The notes below the pieces were generated by a model. That model did no database searches, was not told the DNA's origin, and saw nothing but the letters and a program-made list of their open reading frames with translations. From the IMG/VR virus record IMGVR_UViG_3300030380_002827: a stretch of 64,000 bases of DNA; one strand, given 5' to 3'. Shown here in pieces: positions 47,847-57,828 of this stretch. The stretch comes from an uncultured virus (IMG/VR IMGVR_UViG_3300030380_002827) (lineage: Duplodnaviria > Heunggongvirae > Uroviricota > Caudoviricetes). The translations under genes and the position numbers were made by a program. Each line of letters starts with the position of its first letter. The stretch's first letter is position 1.

Positions 47847-48280
47847 TTGGTGTCCTTTTTCATTTGTTTTAACATCTTTTGTAAGTCAGCAGTGCTTCCT
47901 ACAAACAAAGAGTTATTAGTAACATTGGTAGTATTCTTTTCTTTGACCTCATCAATGTCCTTCATTTTTTTCTGGAGATCAATTAGTTTATCTGCTGTAT
48001 CTGCAACGTGTTTGATAAGTTGACCAGCAACCTCATACGCCCTTGCAGAGTCAGACTGTTGTGCAACATCTAATGCACCGTCCACTGCCTCTTGACCTTT
48101 CTCTACTAAAGAATACAACTGAGCTCTACTATATTTGTAGTCCTTCTCTACGTCTTCTTCATCAGACTTGAGGTGTTTAGGACTAGTTCTTGTAGGTTTG
48201 GCAACAGGTTCTTTCTGTATTATTTCAGAAGAAACCTCTAGTGCCTCATCTATAGAGTCGAAGTTCTCATCTTCAATCAT
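47843..48280 (-). CDS. gp16: Terminase small subunit gp16
   Basis: DYKYSRAQLY...RAYEVAGQLIK...FVGSTADLQKML. Confidence 0.93.
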   Translation of the reverse strand: MIEDENFDSIDEALEVSSEIIQKEPVAKPTRTSPKHLKSDEEDVEKDYKYSRAQLYSLVEKGQEAVDGALDVAQQSDSARAYEVAGQLIKHVADTADKLIDLQKKMKDIDEVKEKNTTNVTNNSLFVGSTADLQKMLKQMKKDTK

Positions 48281-49359
48281 TTTTCAACGTCCCTACTTTG
48301 GCTCTCAGAGTAGATAGTTCCATCTGATTTGTAATCTGTGACAGTTTCACCGAATCCAAAATCATCACCAAACTCAACTACCCTTTCGATGATTTGAGTA
48401 TCATCTTGAGCATTGATAACATTTATAGGAATATTTATGTCATGTGCTACAATTTCACTAGTAAACTCACCTCTCTTAACTGTTAGTCTATTTCCAGATA
48501 CACCTCTAATCAACATCTTCTCATCATCAATTTGTATGTAATCACCTTTATTGAATGGAGTTGCACTGTTGACATTAAATTCCGTTACTGTGGTATCAAT
48601 AACCTCATTTGTTCTAGCGGTGTCATCTGTATTGTAATCTTGGACTGCAATAGGAACAGCAGTATATCTTTGTTGCCTTGTTGCGATCTTGATGTTTTGT
48701 GTCTCTGAATAGTAATCTGTCTGTACTTTCTTGATAAGTCCGTCACTACTGTTGTTAACAGGTCCGAATAGGTATGTCTTACAAACAAACGATAACGTAT
48801 ATACTAATGCTCTTCTGGTGAGGAAGTCATCCTCATAGTTATCTTCCATCTGGATCCCCTCCAGAGTGATAGGCATATCTCTTTTCTCTCCAATGATATC
48901 TACCAAATCAATAGTAAGATTAAATGCTGGTTGGAAGTAAGGAAGTATCTGTTCTAAAATCTGTATCGCATCCTCATTCAATTTTGCAAGGATACTCAGT
49001 TGCATATTGATGTTATATGGAACTGGCATGAATGTCTTAACAAGATTTTTAGTCTTCTTATTGACCGACTTGAAAGATTGCATAGTTGATACCTTTCTTG
49101 TCGAATCATAATTCATCCCAACCACTTCAAAAGACATCCTTGGTAGAGTAAGTGTTGTACCAACACCATCTTGATAATCTCTACCTTGAGTCACTCTAGC
49201 TAAAAATTTCTGCTGAGGTCCATACGACACTGGCACCTTTATAACACTGACTGTCTTTCCTGACTTGTCAGTATGTTGTATTTCTATATTATTAAAGAGT
49301 GTTCCAAAAGACACGATTGTCTTCCGAATAATCTCATGATAGAAGTGATTCGTTAACAT
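48277..49359 (-). CDS. gp15: Tail sheath stabiliser gp15
   Basis: FYHEIIRKTIVSFGTLFN, LPRMSFE, EQILPYFQP. Confidence 0.95.
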   Translation of the reverse strand: MLTNHFYHEIIRKTIVSFGTLFNNIEIQHTDKSGKTVSVIKVPVSYGPQQKFLARVTQGRDYQDGVGTTLTLPRMSFEVVGMNYDSTRKVSTMQSFKSVNKKTKNLVKTFMPVPYNINMQLSILAKLNEDAIQILEQILPYFQPAFNLTIDLVDIIGEKRDMPITLEGIQMEDNYEDDFLTRRALVYTLSFVCKTYLFGPVNNSSDGLIKKVQTDYYSETQNIKIATRQQRYTAVPIAVQDYNTDDTARTNEVIDTTVTEFNVNSATPFNKGDYIQIDDEKMLIRGVSGNRLTVKRGEFTSEIVAHDINIPINVINAQDDTQIIERVVEFGDDFGFGETVTDYKSDGTIYSESQSRDVEK

Positions 49360-49383
49360 AATATTAGCACTTTATGAAACTAT

Positions 49384-51675
49384 TTAGAATTCCCCAAAAG
49401 GATTTCTTTCTGTGAAGTCTAAAATTTGATCTGCCTCTGTTTCTATTTCGTCATTTGCAGCGAAAGGAACGTCATTAAATTCCTCATCAGTAGAGAGGAT
49501 TCTGTAACTTGCAGCAGCACCAACGATTGTTTGTCCTACTATAAAGTCACCACTTGCCGCAACAACTTTGAGGATGTTGTTTGCAGTATCCCAGTTAGCA
49601 ACGTATGCACTTGTGCCTGAAGATACTTGTGTTACTATCTCATCAATTTCAAACTCTCCGAAGAAATCACTTGTTACTGATTGGATACCAACATATGCGG
49701 TTGTATTAGTATAACCAGCACCAGCATTACTATATCTAATCTCTGTAACTGTACCAGCAGTGCTAATGATTGCCTCTGCCTGTGCGTTCTGTAAGAGAGG
49801 TATTGTCTCGTTAGACTGTTGTATATACACAGAAGTAATACCAACTGTAGGTGTAAACGTATATCCTCTACCNNNNNNNNNNGTAATTCCTATAGGTCCT
49901 AAAACTGCATCAGAAACTATAGCAGTGGCAGCCGCTCCAGATATAGGACTACCCCCACTGAATACAACTAGAGGTGGTGTTGTATATCCTGTGCCTGGAT
50001 TTGTTAGTAAGATTCTATCAATAGCTTGATTTGAAATACCATCTCTAGTTGTCATAATTGCAACAGCAGTTGCTTGAGTTCCTATATCTGGTTGTTCGAT
50101 AGTCATGATAGGAATTGAAGTATATCCCCATCCCTCGTATTCTATTGTCAATGCAGAAACAACTCTATTTGCATCAGTTGTAGCTCTGACTATAGGAAGT
50201 TCATTATCTAATTTACGAATGAACTGTGCAGTGGTTCCTGTTTGTGCATCTGTATTCTGAGATGTTTCAGTGCCTGGCACTTGCGATGCAGTAGAACCTC
50301 TAAGTGCATTATCACCAGTCAAGTTAATAGTGATGTGGTCTAAGTAACCCTCCCATGATGCAGTTTGTGAAGGAATGAAACCTTGTCCTGAAGCATCAGC
50401 ACCTAAATTCAGGAGATCGCCTGCAAAGAACATGATTGGGTTTGCAGTATTGAGACTGTTACTTACAGTTCCATTTACAGATATAGTTGCATCAGTATTG
50501 TACTGTTCTACTCTGATAAAGTTCCAAGCATTTAGATTCAGTTGTGTAGTATTTTCAATAGATCCAGAACCAGAAGCAAAGATAATATTACCTGTTTCTC
50601 TATAGTATATCTTAAATCTATCAGTCCACATGATAGTTCCACCATTCACTGCTGGATCAAACTTAGTTGGATATAACCAGAAACTTAATGATAATCTACC
50701 ATCACCAGTATCTCTAGCATCTACGTTATTTGTAAACTTAAAGTTAGCACCAATTACATCTGTTATAGATGTATGATGGAGTGAGTTGTTACCAAACTGT
50801 ATCTGAGCAGATGTAGTTTTGTTTGGAGGTGTAAATGAAATACTAGGAACACTGAGATAATTAGATCCAGCATCAGTAAGAGATACAGTATCAATACCAC
50901 CTTCAGCGATAGTTACTGTACCAGTTGCTTGGTTTCCTCTGGTTGGTTTGAAGATCTGTACAGAGGGAGTTCCTTTGTAATTACCATCATCTACTAGTTG
51001 TATGCGTTGAATTGATTTCACGCCTGGAACTGTAGATGCCAGAGACACATATGCTAAAGCGTTCTCGTTATCATCTCTCTCTAACCTAAGAGTAATCATA
51101 TTGCCGCGAGTGATGATACCATCATCCACATCTTCACCATTCTTATCAGTAAGTCCATCAGGTAGATCGATAACTTCATCTTCTGGTTCAAAGATCTCAC
51201 ATCTAAACTCATACATGAAGAGTTCATTTAACTGGTAGAAAGGAACTTTTCTTTCAATATATTTGATTTCAAATAGAGCGTTGTCAAGAGGTAGATATAT
51301 CAAATCTCCTTCATTTGGATGAGCCGCATTTGCCCTTTCCCCTTCTGGGAACTGCTTTATGAATGGAGTAATAAAATCATCATACCTTTCTTTAGATACT
51401 ACAAGAGTAATCTCATCCTGATCTCTAACACCAAACTTAGTCAGAACATCAGAAGGAGTTCCAAATCCATCTACATTAGTAAGGTATGCTTCCAATCTAA
51501 AACTATCGTCAAACTTAGACGCAGTAATCTCTCTGATCACTGTGTTCTGATTGATGATTCTTCTAGGAAGATACAATACATCCTGTCCGAACAACTTTAA
51601 GTGTTCGTTCACCAAGTCTTGAACTAGTCTTTGTTCACTTGGAGATCCATGTAAAAAGAAAGGTGATAGAGGCAT
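49384..51675 (-). CDS. gp14: Neck protein gp14 with large insertion (contains a 10-N gap)
   Basis: N-terminal EQRLVQDL...GQDVLYLPR...LTKFGV...PNEGDLIYLP; C-terminal DFTERNPFG. Confidence 0.9.
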   Translation of the reverse strand: MPLSPFFLHGSPSEQRLVQDLVNEHLKLFGQDVLYLPRRIINQNTVIREITASKFDDSFRLEAYLTNVDGFGTPSDVLTKFGVRDQDEITLVVSKERYDDFITPFIKQFPEGERANAAHPNEGDLIYLPLDNALFEIKYIERKVPFYQLNELFMYEFRCEIFEPEDEVIDLPDGLTDKNGEDVDDGIITRGNMITLRLERDDNENALAYVSLASTVPGVKSIQRIQLVDDGNYKGTPSVQIFKPTRGNQATGTVTIAEGGIDTVSLTDAGSNYLSVPSISFTPPNKTTSAQIQFGNNSLHHTSITDVIGANFKFTNNVDARDTGDGRLSLSFWLYPTKFDPAVNGGTIMWTDRFKIYYRETGNIIFASGSGSIENTTQLNLNAWNFIRVEQYNTDATISVNGTVSNSLNTANPIMFFAGDLLNLGADASGQGFIPSQTASWEGYLDHITINLTGDNALRGSTASQVPGTETSQNTDAQTGTTAQFIRKLDNELPIVRATTDANRVVSALTIEYEGWGYTSIPIMTIEQPDIGTQATAVAIMTTRDGISNQAIDRILLTNPGTGYTTPPLVVFSGGSPISGAAATAIVSDAVLGPIGIXXXXGRGYTFTPTVGITSVYIQQSNETIPLLQNAQAEAIISTAGTVTEIRYSNAGAGYTNTTAYVGIQSVTSDFFGEFEIDEIVTQVSSGTSAYVANWDTANNILKVVAASGDFIVGQTIVGAAASYRILSTDEEFNDVPFAANDEIETEADQILDFTERNPFGEF

Positions 51676-52494
51676 TTATCCAACAAAGTCTAGGGGTGGC
51701 ATTGCATACTCTTGCATTAACTTCTCATCGAGTTTTTCTAACTCTCCTACTGCATCGTCATATATCTGTCTACCATTCAGTTCTAATCCGCCAGGTAACT
51801 TAACACCAGTGAACTTAATGAGATTCTGACCCCATTGACGTTTGATGAGTGACGTTACATACATCTTCAACCAGTGATCATTGTAAACATTGCTTTCACT
51901 TTCTGGGTCTACAACTCTAAAACAGTCTATAATTAAGAAATTATTATCAGTTAGTTCTTTTACATTCAGATCCATGTATAATCTACTGTTCTTCTTATTA
52001 AATCTTACTTGAACATCGGGATTCAACATGTAATCTAGAGTTTCTAGATATGATTTTGTCATGGCATAGTTCAATAAATCGATCGCTCCGTAGTAGTATA
52101 AATCATTAAGGAAGATCTGATATTTGATATTGAACATACCCGCCGAGATGGTGGATGAGTCCATTTTAAATACCTTATTGACTGCAATAACAGTATCAGG
52201 TAGTGGAAGGTAGTTTGCACCCTCTGTATAGTCGATAGAAGCAATGCCGCCAGCAGTGCTGGTTGCAGTTGTAGTAGAAGCAACACCAATCATGGTTTGT
52301 TTCTCTTGTTCAGTAATCTTATGCTTTAAGAATACTCTATCAATACCTTCACCATGTCTTTCATGAAACAACTGGATGGCATCGTCGATTAGATCATCTA
52401 TCTGATCATCGTCAACATTGATCTCAAGAACAGGCTTTCCAAGTTTCCTAAGAGCATATTCTTTCAATCCGTCTTTACTATTGGGTTTTGCCAT
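51676..52494 (-). CDS. gp13: Neck protein gp13
   Basis: YALRKLGKPVLEINVDDDQ...KRQWGQNLIKF.GVKLPGG. Confidence 0.96.
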   Translation of the reverse strand: MAKPNSKDGLKEYALRKLGKPVLEINVDDDQIDDLIDDAIQLFHERHGEGIDRVFLKHKITEQEKQTMIGVASTTTATSTAGGIASIDYTEGANYLPLPDTVIAVNKVFKMDSSTISAGMFNIKYQIFLNDLYYYGAIDLLNYAMTKSYLETLDYMLNPDVQVRFNKKNSRLYMDLNVKELTDNNFLIIDCFRVVDPESESNVYNDHWLKMYVTSLIKRQWGQNLIKFTGVKLPGGLELNGRQIYDDAVGELEKLDEKLMQEYAMPPLDFVG

Positions 52495-52531
52495 TCCCTC
52501 TATTCATAAGTTCTCCGAAGTATTTAGTTAA

Positions 52532-53218
52532 GTGAAAAAGTATTTTATCGATGAAGCGGAAACCTTCGCTATCAACACCCCTGTAGACGCAACTGTAGAA
52601 CTCATGGGATGGGAGGAGTTCCCTGTAGTTTACATTGATAACTTCTACAAGAATCCAGACAAGGTAAGGAATCTGGCATTAAGAACACCAGGCACCAAAT
52701 GTCCCAGAATACTGGGTGGAGTTCCTGGCGAGAGAGTAGATATGAATATGAATCTTGATCATATGCACGAAATATGGCTTGAAATAGCAGAGAACGTGTA
52801 TGGATTAGAACAGAAAGATAGAAAGGCATTTGAAATGTCATGTATGAACGTCTCCTTTTCAGTCAATGTTACTCAGTCTCATTATAGAAGAAAAAAACCA
52901 CATATAGATTTATCAGATGTATCGGACAGGGGATGGGCTGGTGTCGTGTATCTCAACAAACCCAAAGAATGTAAGGGTGGCACTGGGTTTTATACATATA
53001 AAGGACAACAAGTTAATCCTAGACAAGATGGAATATGGCAAGAGGAACATGTTTCAGATAGTGTAGGTCCATGGGATCTGATACACCTTGCTGAGATGAA
53101 ATATAACAGAATGGTAATGTATCCATCAAATGTTCTTCATGCCCCTTATGATAAGGAAGGATTCTTTACTGACGACATATACAGATTAACTCAAGTATTT
53201 TTTATACCACTAACATAA
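52532..53218 (+). CDS. DUF6445-like / 2OG-Fe(II) oxygenase-fold protein
   Basis: IDNFYKNPDKVR, PHID, WAGVVYLN, GGTGFY, KYNRMVMY, RLTQVFF. Confidence 0.75.
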   Translation: MKKYFIDEAETFAINTPVDATVELMGWEEFPVVYIDNFYKNPDKVRNLALRTPGTKCPRILGGVPGERVDMNMNLDHMHEIWLEIAENVYGLEQKDRKAFEMSCMNVSFSVNVTQSHYRRKKPHIDLSDVSDRGWAGVVYLNKPKECKGGTGFYTYKGQQVNPRQDGIWQEEHVSDSVGPWDLIHLAEMKYNRMVMYPSNVLHAPYDKEGFFTDDIYRLTQVFFIPLT

Positions 53219-54087
53219 TGCACAATATTATTCTTACAGGATCAAATGGGTTTATAGGTAAAGCATTTGCAAAAAGAATTGGAGGTGAAAATTTATATCA
53301 AGTAGAACAATCACATGCTTTTGAGTTCTTGAATCAGTATGATAAGTGGGATGAGGTAGATTACATCCTTCATCAAGGAGCAATATCAAGTACAACTGAG
53401 ACAGACGTAAGTAAGATTCACAAATACAACGTAGAGTTTTCAATCAAACTATTTGAAAAAGCAATAGAACACTCTATTCCAGTCAAATATGCCTCAAGTG
53501 CATCTGTCTATGGTAAGATACATGCTGACTTTGGATACTTAAAAGGAACTATCAATCCCTTAAATTTCTATGCACTGAGCAAAGCAACTGTAGATTATTG
53601 GGTTCTAGATCACATAGATGAGTTTGAATTGATACAAGGATTTAGATACTTCAACGTGTATGGAGAAGGTGAAGAACATAAAGGAGATCAAGCAAGTCCT
53701 ATAAGTAAGTTTACCAAACAAGCAAAAGAGGATGATATAATCAAACTCTTTGAAGACTCAGAATATGCCTTTAGAGATTTTGTATGTGTAGATGATGTGG
53801 TAGATGTTGTCCTAGATAATACGGCAGGGAGCGGCATCTATGATGTTGGGACTGGCAATCCTATCTCTTTCCAAGAGGTTGCAGAATTGATTGCCAAAAA
53901 AGAAGGGGCGGAGATTGAAGTAATCCCCTTCCCCAAACATCTAGAAGGTAAGTATCAAGAATATACATGTGCAGATACCTCATGGTATCAACATGATTAT
54001 AAATCAGTATCCGAATATCTTAAATTACCAGCAACAACTACTCTACCATCACATTCATTTTCTGGCACAGAATGTAGTTCATCTTGA
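53218..54087 (+). CDS. hldD: ADP-L-glycero-D-manno-heptose 6-epimerase-like SDR (HldD/RfaD)
   Basis: TGSNGFIG, HQGAISSTTE, YASSASVYG, YALSK, RYFNVYG.GEEHKG, KYQEYTCAD. Confidence 0.88.
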   Translation: MHNIILTGSNGFIGKAFAKRIGGENLYQVEQSHAFEFLNQYDKWDEVDYILHQGAISSTTETDVSKIHKYNVEFSIKLFEKAIEHSIPVKYASSASVYGKIHADFGYLKGTINPLNFYALSKATVDYWVLDHIDEFELIQGFRYFNVYGEGEEHKGDQASPISKFTKQAKEDDIIKLFEDSEYAFRDFVCVDDVVDVVLDNTAGSGIYDVGTGNPISFQEVAELIAKKEGAEIEVIPFPKHLEGKYQEYTCADTSWYQHDYKSVSEYLKLPATTTLPSHSFSGTECSSS

Positions 54088-54455
54088 AAAATGACACACA
54101 TTCCTTCATGTGGTTGAATAATATATCCATCAAAGTTTAAAGGAGAACTGCCTGGCGGAGTAGAAACATAGTAAACAAATGAATACTCACTTTTGCCATG
54201 TCTATGTTCGTAAGCAAAATCACCGTAATTATATACAGCACCCCATAATTGATATTCTATTTTATCTGAATCTAATTCTAATTTTTCTACAACCCAATCT
54301 TTTAACTTAATAAAAGGTTTAGGGTATGTATTGTATCCTGTATGTTTTTCTACTGCAAGATTAGTAAATTCATCTGTGTCATTAGGCAAAAAATCTATCC
54401 ATGATCTCAGTTCTTTGTTCAGAGATAAATCAGGATAATCTACAATATCAATCAT
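53997..54455 (-). CDS. Putative 2OG-Fe(II) oxygenase
   Basis: WGAVY...EHRH...SFVYYV...LHSVP...RVVVAGN. Confidence 0.75.
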   Translation of the reverse strand: MIDIVDYPDLSLNKELRSWIDFLPNDTDEFTNLAVEKHTGYNTYPKPFIKLKDWVVEKLELDSDKIEYQLWGAVYNYGDFAYEHRHGKSEYSFVYYVSTPPGSSPLNFDGYIIQPHEGMCVIFQDELHSVPENECDGRVVVAGNLRYSDTDL

Positions 54456-55053
54456 TGTACATGGGCATATCGTAGTTTAGATTTATAAAAGCAGTTAGTA
54501 TATACTTGTCGTGAGATATATTAATATTAGATCCGTGTGGGAACATCCAGTTACAGGGGAATATAAGTATTTTGCCTCTTTCACATCTACATCCAATATT
54601 CCAATCAGGAAAGAATGTTTCTCCTCCCTCATCCACATCATTTAGATATATGATGCAGGCAAATAATCTAGATATAGTTCCTCCATCTAGTTGATCTACA
54701 TGAGTTTTAAATATACCTTCTCCCTTTGGATACACTCTGATTGTATAATCTAATATTGCAAGATCTGATGCTGGTAATACTGGTAGTTCGCATCTATAGT
54801 TCATGTATGCGTCTTGAATAACTTGTGTCATCAAGTTTGCATACTTATGGTTAGGTTCAAACTGAAATTGAGTACAATTTTTATGATCCTTGTTTACTAA
54901 CTTACCTTTATATTCACCATCAATAAAATGTTCTACTTTGCCATCATCATGTAACTGTGTGTTGTCCCAAAAATATTTTATTAATTCATCACACTGATCT
55001 TGAGATAGAACATCTCTTTCAACATATATCATGTCGGTAATGTTCTCTATCAT
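54448..55053 (-). CDS. 2OG-Fe(II) oxygenase (P4H-like)
   Basis: FKTHVD, IYLNDVDEGGETFF, FPCNWMFPHG, KYILTAF. Confidence 0.88.
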   Translation of the reverse strand: MIENITDMIYVERDVLSQDQCDELIKYFWDNTQLHDDGKVEHFIDGEYKGKLVNKDHKNCTQFQFEPNHKYANLMTQVIQDAYMNYRCELPVLPASDLAILDYTIRVYPKGEGIFKTHVDQLDGGTISRLFACIIYLNDVDEGGETFFPDWNIGCRCERGKILIFPCNWMFPHGSNINISHDKYILTAFINLNYDMPMYND

Positions 55054-55451
55054 ATAAGATCGCCAGCTAAAATTCTATGTGAATCAGAATCCATATGTTC
55101 TGTACTGAACTCAAATAGTTCCGTATCTTCCAAAGCATACATTCTATGTTTTAGTCCAATAGGTACATGAAATTTATCACCTCTTCTGAGGATCATAGTT
55201 TCTGCTTTCTCGATATCATCATCCCATCCGTAATATATTTTTATCTTTCCACTCTGAACAAAAAATACTTCGTCTTTTAATTTATGATAGTGCCATGAAC
55301 ATTGTTTTCCTTTTACAATGTACAATAATTTGCCACAATACTTTTCACAGTTGGCGATCCATTTTTCAAATCCCCAACCTTTTGCGACATATTTTACTGG
55401 TTCTGCTGCACGGGCATTACGAGGTCTTCTACTTGGTCCCAAAGAACTCAT
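55050..55451 (-). CDS. Cupin sugar-isomerase-like protein
   Basis: KGWGFEKW...CSWHYHKLKDEVF...HRM..LED.ELFEFST. Confidence 0.8.
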   Translation of the reverse strand: MSSLGPSRRPRNARAAEPVKYVAKGWGFEKWIANCEKYCGKLLYIVKGKQCSWHYHKLKDEVFFVQSGKIKIYYGWDDDIEKAETMILRRGDKFHVPIGLKHRMYALEDTELFEFSTEHMDSDSHRILAGDLI

Positions 55452-55764
55452 TTGCGTTCACCCCCTTGTCATCTATAAAATAATCTGCATGTGGTTTACC
55501 TAGAATCAGAGAGTGATATCTACATCCCCAACTCTTAAGTTGTTGTTCTGTGAGGTCAAACAATAAAGCAGATGCTTTTACACTTGCATCTGGATCATCA
55601 CCAAATCTACCCATACCACGGGCACTGAAATAAGTGATATGATTACCCTCATCATATAATTTATTTATGACGGCAATACGAGCTGGCCATGATTGTGCTT
55701 TGGAGTAATCCCTACCCAATGTGGGTGTGCAGATAGTATTATCAATATCAAAGCAGTACCTCAT
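55429..55764 (-). CDS. HAD-family phosphatase (capsule-biosynthesis type)
   Basis: FDIDNTIC, FSARG, GKPHADYFIDDK. Confidence 0.85.
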   Translation of the reverse strand: MRYCFDIDNTICTPTLGRDYSKAQSWPARIAVINKLYDEGNHITYFSARGMGRFGDDPDASVKASALLFDLTEQQLKSWGCRYHSLILGKPHADYFIDDKGVNANEFFGTK

Positions 55765-56468
55765 TTCTTGACCTCCATGTAATAAATGTCATCATACTGA
55801 ACACTATTGAAGGTTGCAGTAATTCTCAAGCCAGCTTCCTCAACCATTGATCTAAATGTATCAGCACTAGATCCACCTGAGTGAAGTTGTAAACATATTG
55901 TACCATTATCTGAGAGTCTTGTCGATAGTTCATTAAACATATCTCTATGAGCATCCCAATTTGCATCTAACAAAATTTCTGACAGGTGATTATCAAACAG
56001 GGGTGTCCCACCTAACTTACTCAAAGCTTTTATTGCATCTTCTTTACACTCAAAATGGGGAGGATTGCCTACAACTAGATCTATTTTGTGATCAGATAAC
56101 ACCGAACAAGTATCAGAATGATATATTGTTGTACGAGGAAAGACTCTTCTGTGATATACAGTTTCTACATCTATAAGATCTAATCCATGTTTTATAAATG
56201 AATTCTCAGCAGTCTTCTTTGCTATCTCTACTGCTGGTTCAAATTTATCTAACAGAGTTAGTTGATCGCAAACATTAGCTGCCATCATTCCATAACCTAT
56301 AAATCCAGGTCCACTACACCATTCCATGAGATGATGAACTCTGCCATAGTTTTCTAGAACTAAGTTTAGATATTCTGGAAAGAAGTAATCTCCACCACCA
56401 TTTGTTTCTGGCGTGTAGAAGATATCAGATCCATCTACTCTAAAAATATATTCAATCTTCGTCTTCAT
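55761..56468 (-). CDS. Class I SAM-dependent methyltransferase
   Basis: EWCSGPGFIG SAM motif and VGNPPHF (N-methyltransferase-type motif IV). Confidence 0.82.
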   Translation of the reverse strand: MKTKIEYIFRVDGSDIFYTPETNGGGDYFFPEYLNLVLENYGRVHHLMEWCSGPGFIGYGMMAANVCDQLTLLDKFEPAVEIAKKTAENSFIKHGLDLIDVETVYHRRVFPRTTIYHSDTCSVLSDHKIDLVVGNPPHFECKEDAIKALSKLGGTPLFDNHLSEILLDANWDAHRDMFNELSTRLSDNGTICLQLHSGGSSADTFRSMVEEAGLRITATFNSVQYDDIYYMEVKK

Positions 56469-56664
56469 CTATGACTTCCATTTCTAATTCATGAACTTGA
56501 TCATGAAATACTTTATGCTCTCCGATACGATAGAGGTGTTTCAACTCTCCATCCTTATCTTCTTCTTCTCCCAAGTATTCAATATCAGGACAACTATGTT
56601 CACGCAACCACGCTTGCAGTCTGTGGTGCATTAGATCCGCTTTGCCTATCGACAGTTTTTCCAT
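56452..56664 (-). CDS. Hypothetical protein
   Basis: MEKLSIGKADLMHHRLQAWLRE...; GGAG RBS upstream of 56664. Confidence 0.65.
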   Translation of the reverse strand: MEKLSIGKADLMHHRLQAWLREHSCPDIEYLGEEEDKDGELKHLYRIGEHKVFHDQVHELEMEVIDEDED

Positions 56665-57439
56665 TTTCTTCTCCATATAGTGAGATAATATCACTCCTAG
56701 TCAGATAGTAAGCGCCAGGGTGAGTTACTGTAATTGCAGCGGCTTTATTTGCCAGTTCAATGGCCTTCCGCATATTTTTTGTTCTTAAAAATTCATAGAC
56801 TAACGCTGATAGAAATGTATCTCCAGCACCACATACGTCAAAAACTTTTACAGGGTCGGGTTTAAATATGGTATTATTCCACATTGCGCCATCAGACCCA
56901 AGAGTAACGATAAGGTTACTGCTGTCAGGTACACTTTCTGGTACAAGGTCATCGTATTCTTTCTTGTTTATTTTCCAGAATACATTATCTTTGTTGAAAA
57001 GTCTACGCTTCTTTGTATCCACGAACACAGGTCTGTTAAAATTGTGACATAGATGCCACAAATCTTCATCGTTAATGTATCCTTTGTCATAATCTGATAT
57101 AACAATCGCATCAGGGTTCATGTGCATCAACGCCATTTTCAATTCTGCATTTGCAATTCTACTCACCTTTGGAGTTTCATCTAAACGCAATAACTGATAG
57201 CCACTGTTAGTATCTACAAATCTTGTTTTGGTTATAGGTTCTCTCTGTGAAAGCAGAACAGTATTGATTCCAAATGCTTTGAGATTTAACTCAGTATTCC
57301 CTGCCATTCCAGGCTTTTCTTCAACCTTAGATTTGTCCAACACAGGTACAGGTTGTTCTGGACTCAACCTACTACATTCACCATAGATGTACTTGTCAGT
57401 ACACTTATCACCTATAACAATTACGTTAAACTGTTGCAC
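56600..57439 (-). CDS. PfkB-family heptose-7-phosphate kinase (HldE domain I-like)
   Basis: IGD..D.YIYG...RLSPEQPVPV, GMAGN, ISDYDKG, VFDVCGAGDTF. Confidence 0.9.
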   Translation of the reverse strand: MQQFNVIVIGDKCTDKYIYGECSRLSPEQPVPVLDKSKVEEKPGMAGNTELNLKAFGINTVLLSQREPITKTRFVDTNSGYQLLRLDETPKVSRIANAELKMALMHMNPDAIVISDYDKGYINDEDLWHLCHNFNRPVFVDTKKRRLFNKDNVFWKINKKEYDDLVPESVPDSSNLIVTLGSDGAMWNNTIFKPDPVKVFDVCGAGDTFLSALVYEFLRTKNMRKAIELANKAAAITVTHPGAYYLTRSDIISLYGEENGKTVDRQSGSNAPQTASVVA

Positions 57440-57828
57440 CTTACTTTTCTGATAATTTCGGTTGTTGAATAATTTAGGCGAGGTAGATACCTTATCTCTT
57501 TGGCAAATTGTCTGCCAACTACATCTCCACCTTTCCAGTCATCTCCTAACAATAGTATATCAGGAGAGTATAATTCTATCAACCCCTCCAATTCTGATCT
57601 ATCGTTGAAGTAAAAAACTTCATCAATATATTTTATCGCTTGTAACATCGAAATTCTGTCACAAAGGTTATTGATGGGCTTAGTTTCACCCTTATCTTGA
57701 CGTATCTTCTCATCCGTATCTGTTGCTACAATAAGTTTGTCTCCCAAAGATTTGCCTACTTTAAATAATTCAATGTGGCCTGGATGCAAGATGTCGAAGG
57801 TTCCATTGCACCATACTATTTTATTCAT
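57421..57828 (-). CDS. Heptose-1-phosphate nucleotidyltransferase (HldE domain II-like)
   Basis: NGTFDILHPGH, KG..KPIN, GDDW, YSTT. Confidence 0.88.
   Translation of the reverse strand: MNKIVWCNGTFDILHPGHIELFKVGKSLGDKLIVATDTDEKIRQDKGETKPINNLCDRISMLQAIKYIDEVFYFNDRSELEGLIELYSPDILLLGDDWKGGDVVGRQFAKEIRYLPRLNYSTTEIIRKVRCNSLT

Noticed and set aside
49873..49882. Run of 10 N inside gp14
   Set aside because: Assembly gap; the reading frame is preserved, so it is not evidence of a frameshift or variable locus
55761..56468. Methyltransferase as part of a restriction-modification system
   Set aside because: Short, no evident target-recognition domain or adjacent nuclease; NPPH-type motifs also occur in protein and RNA methyltransferases
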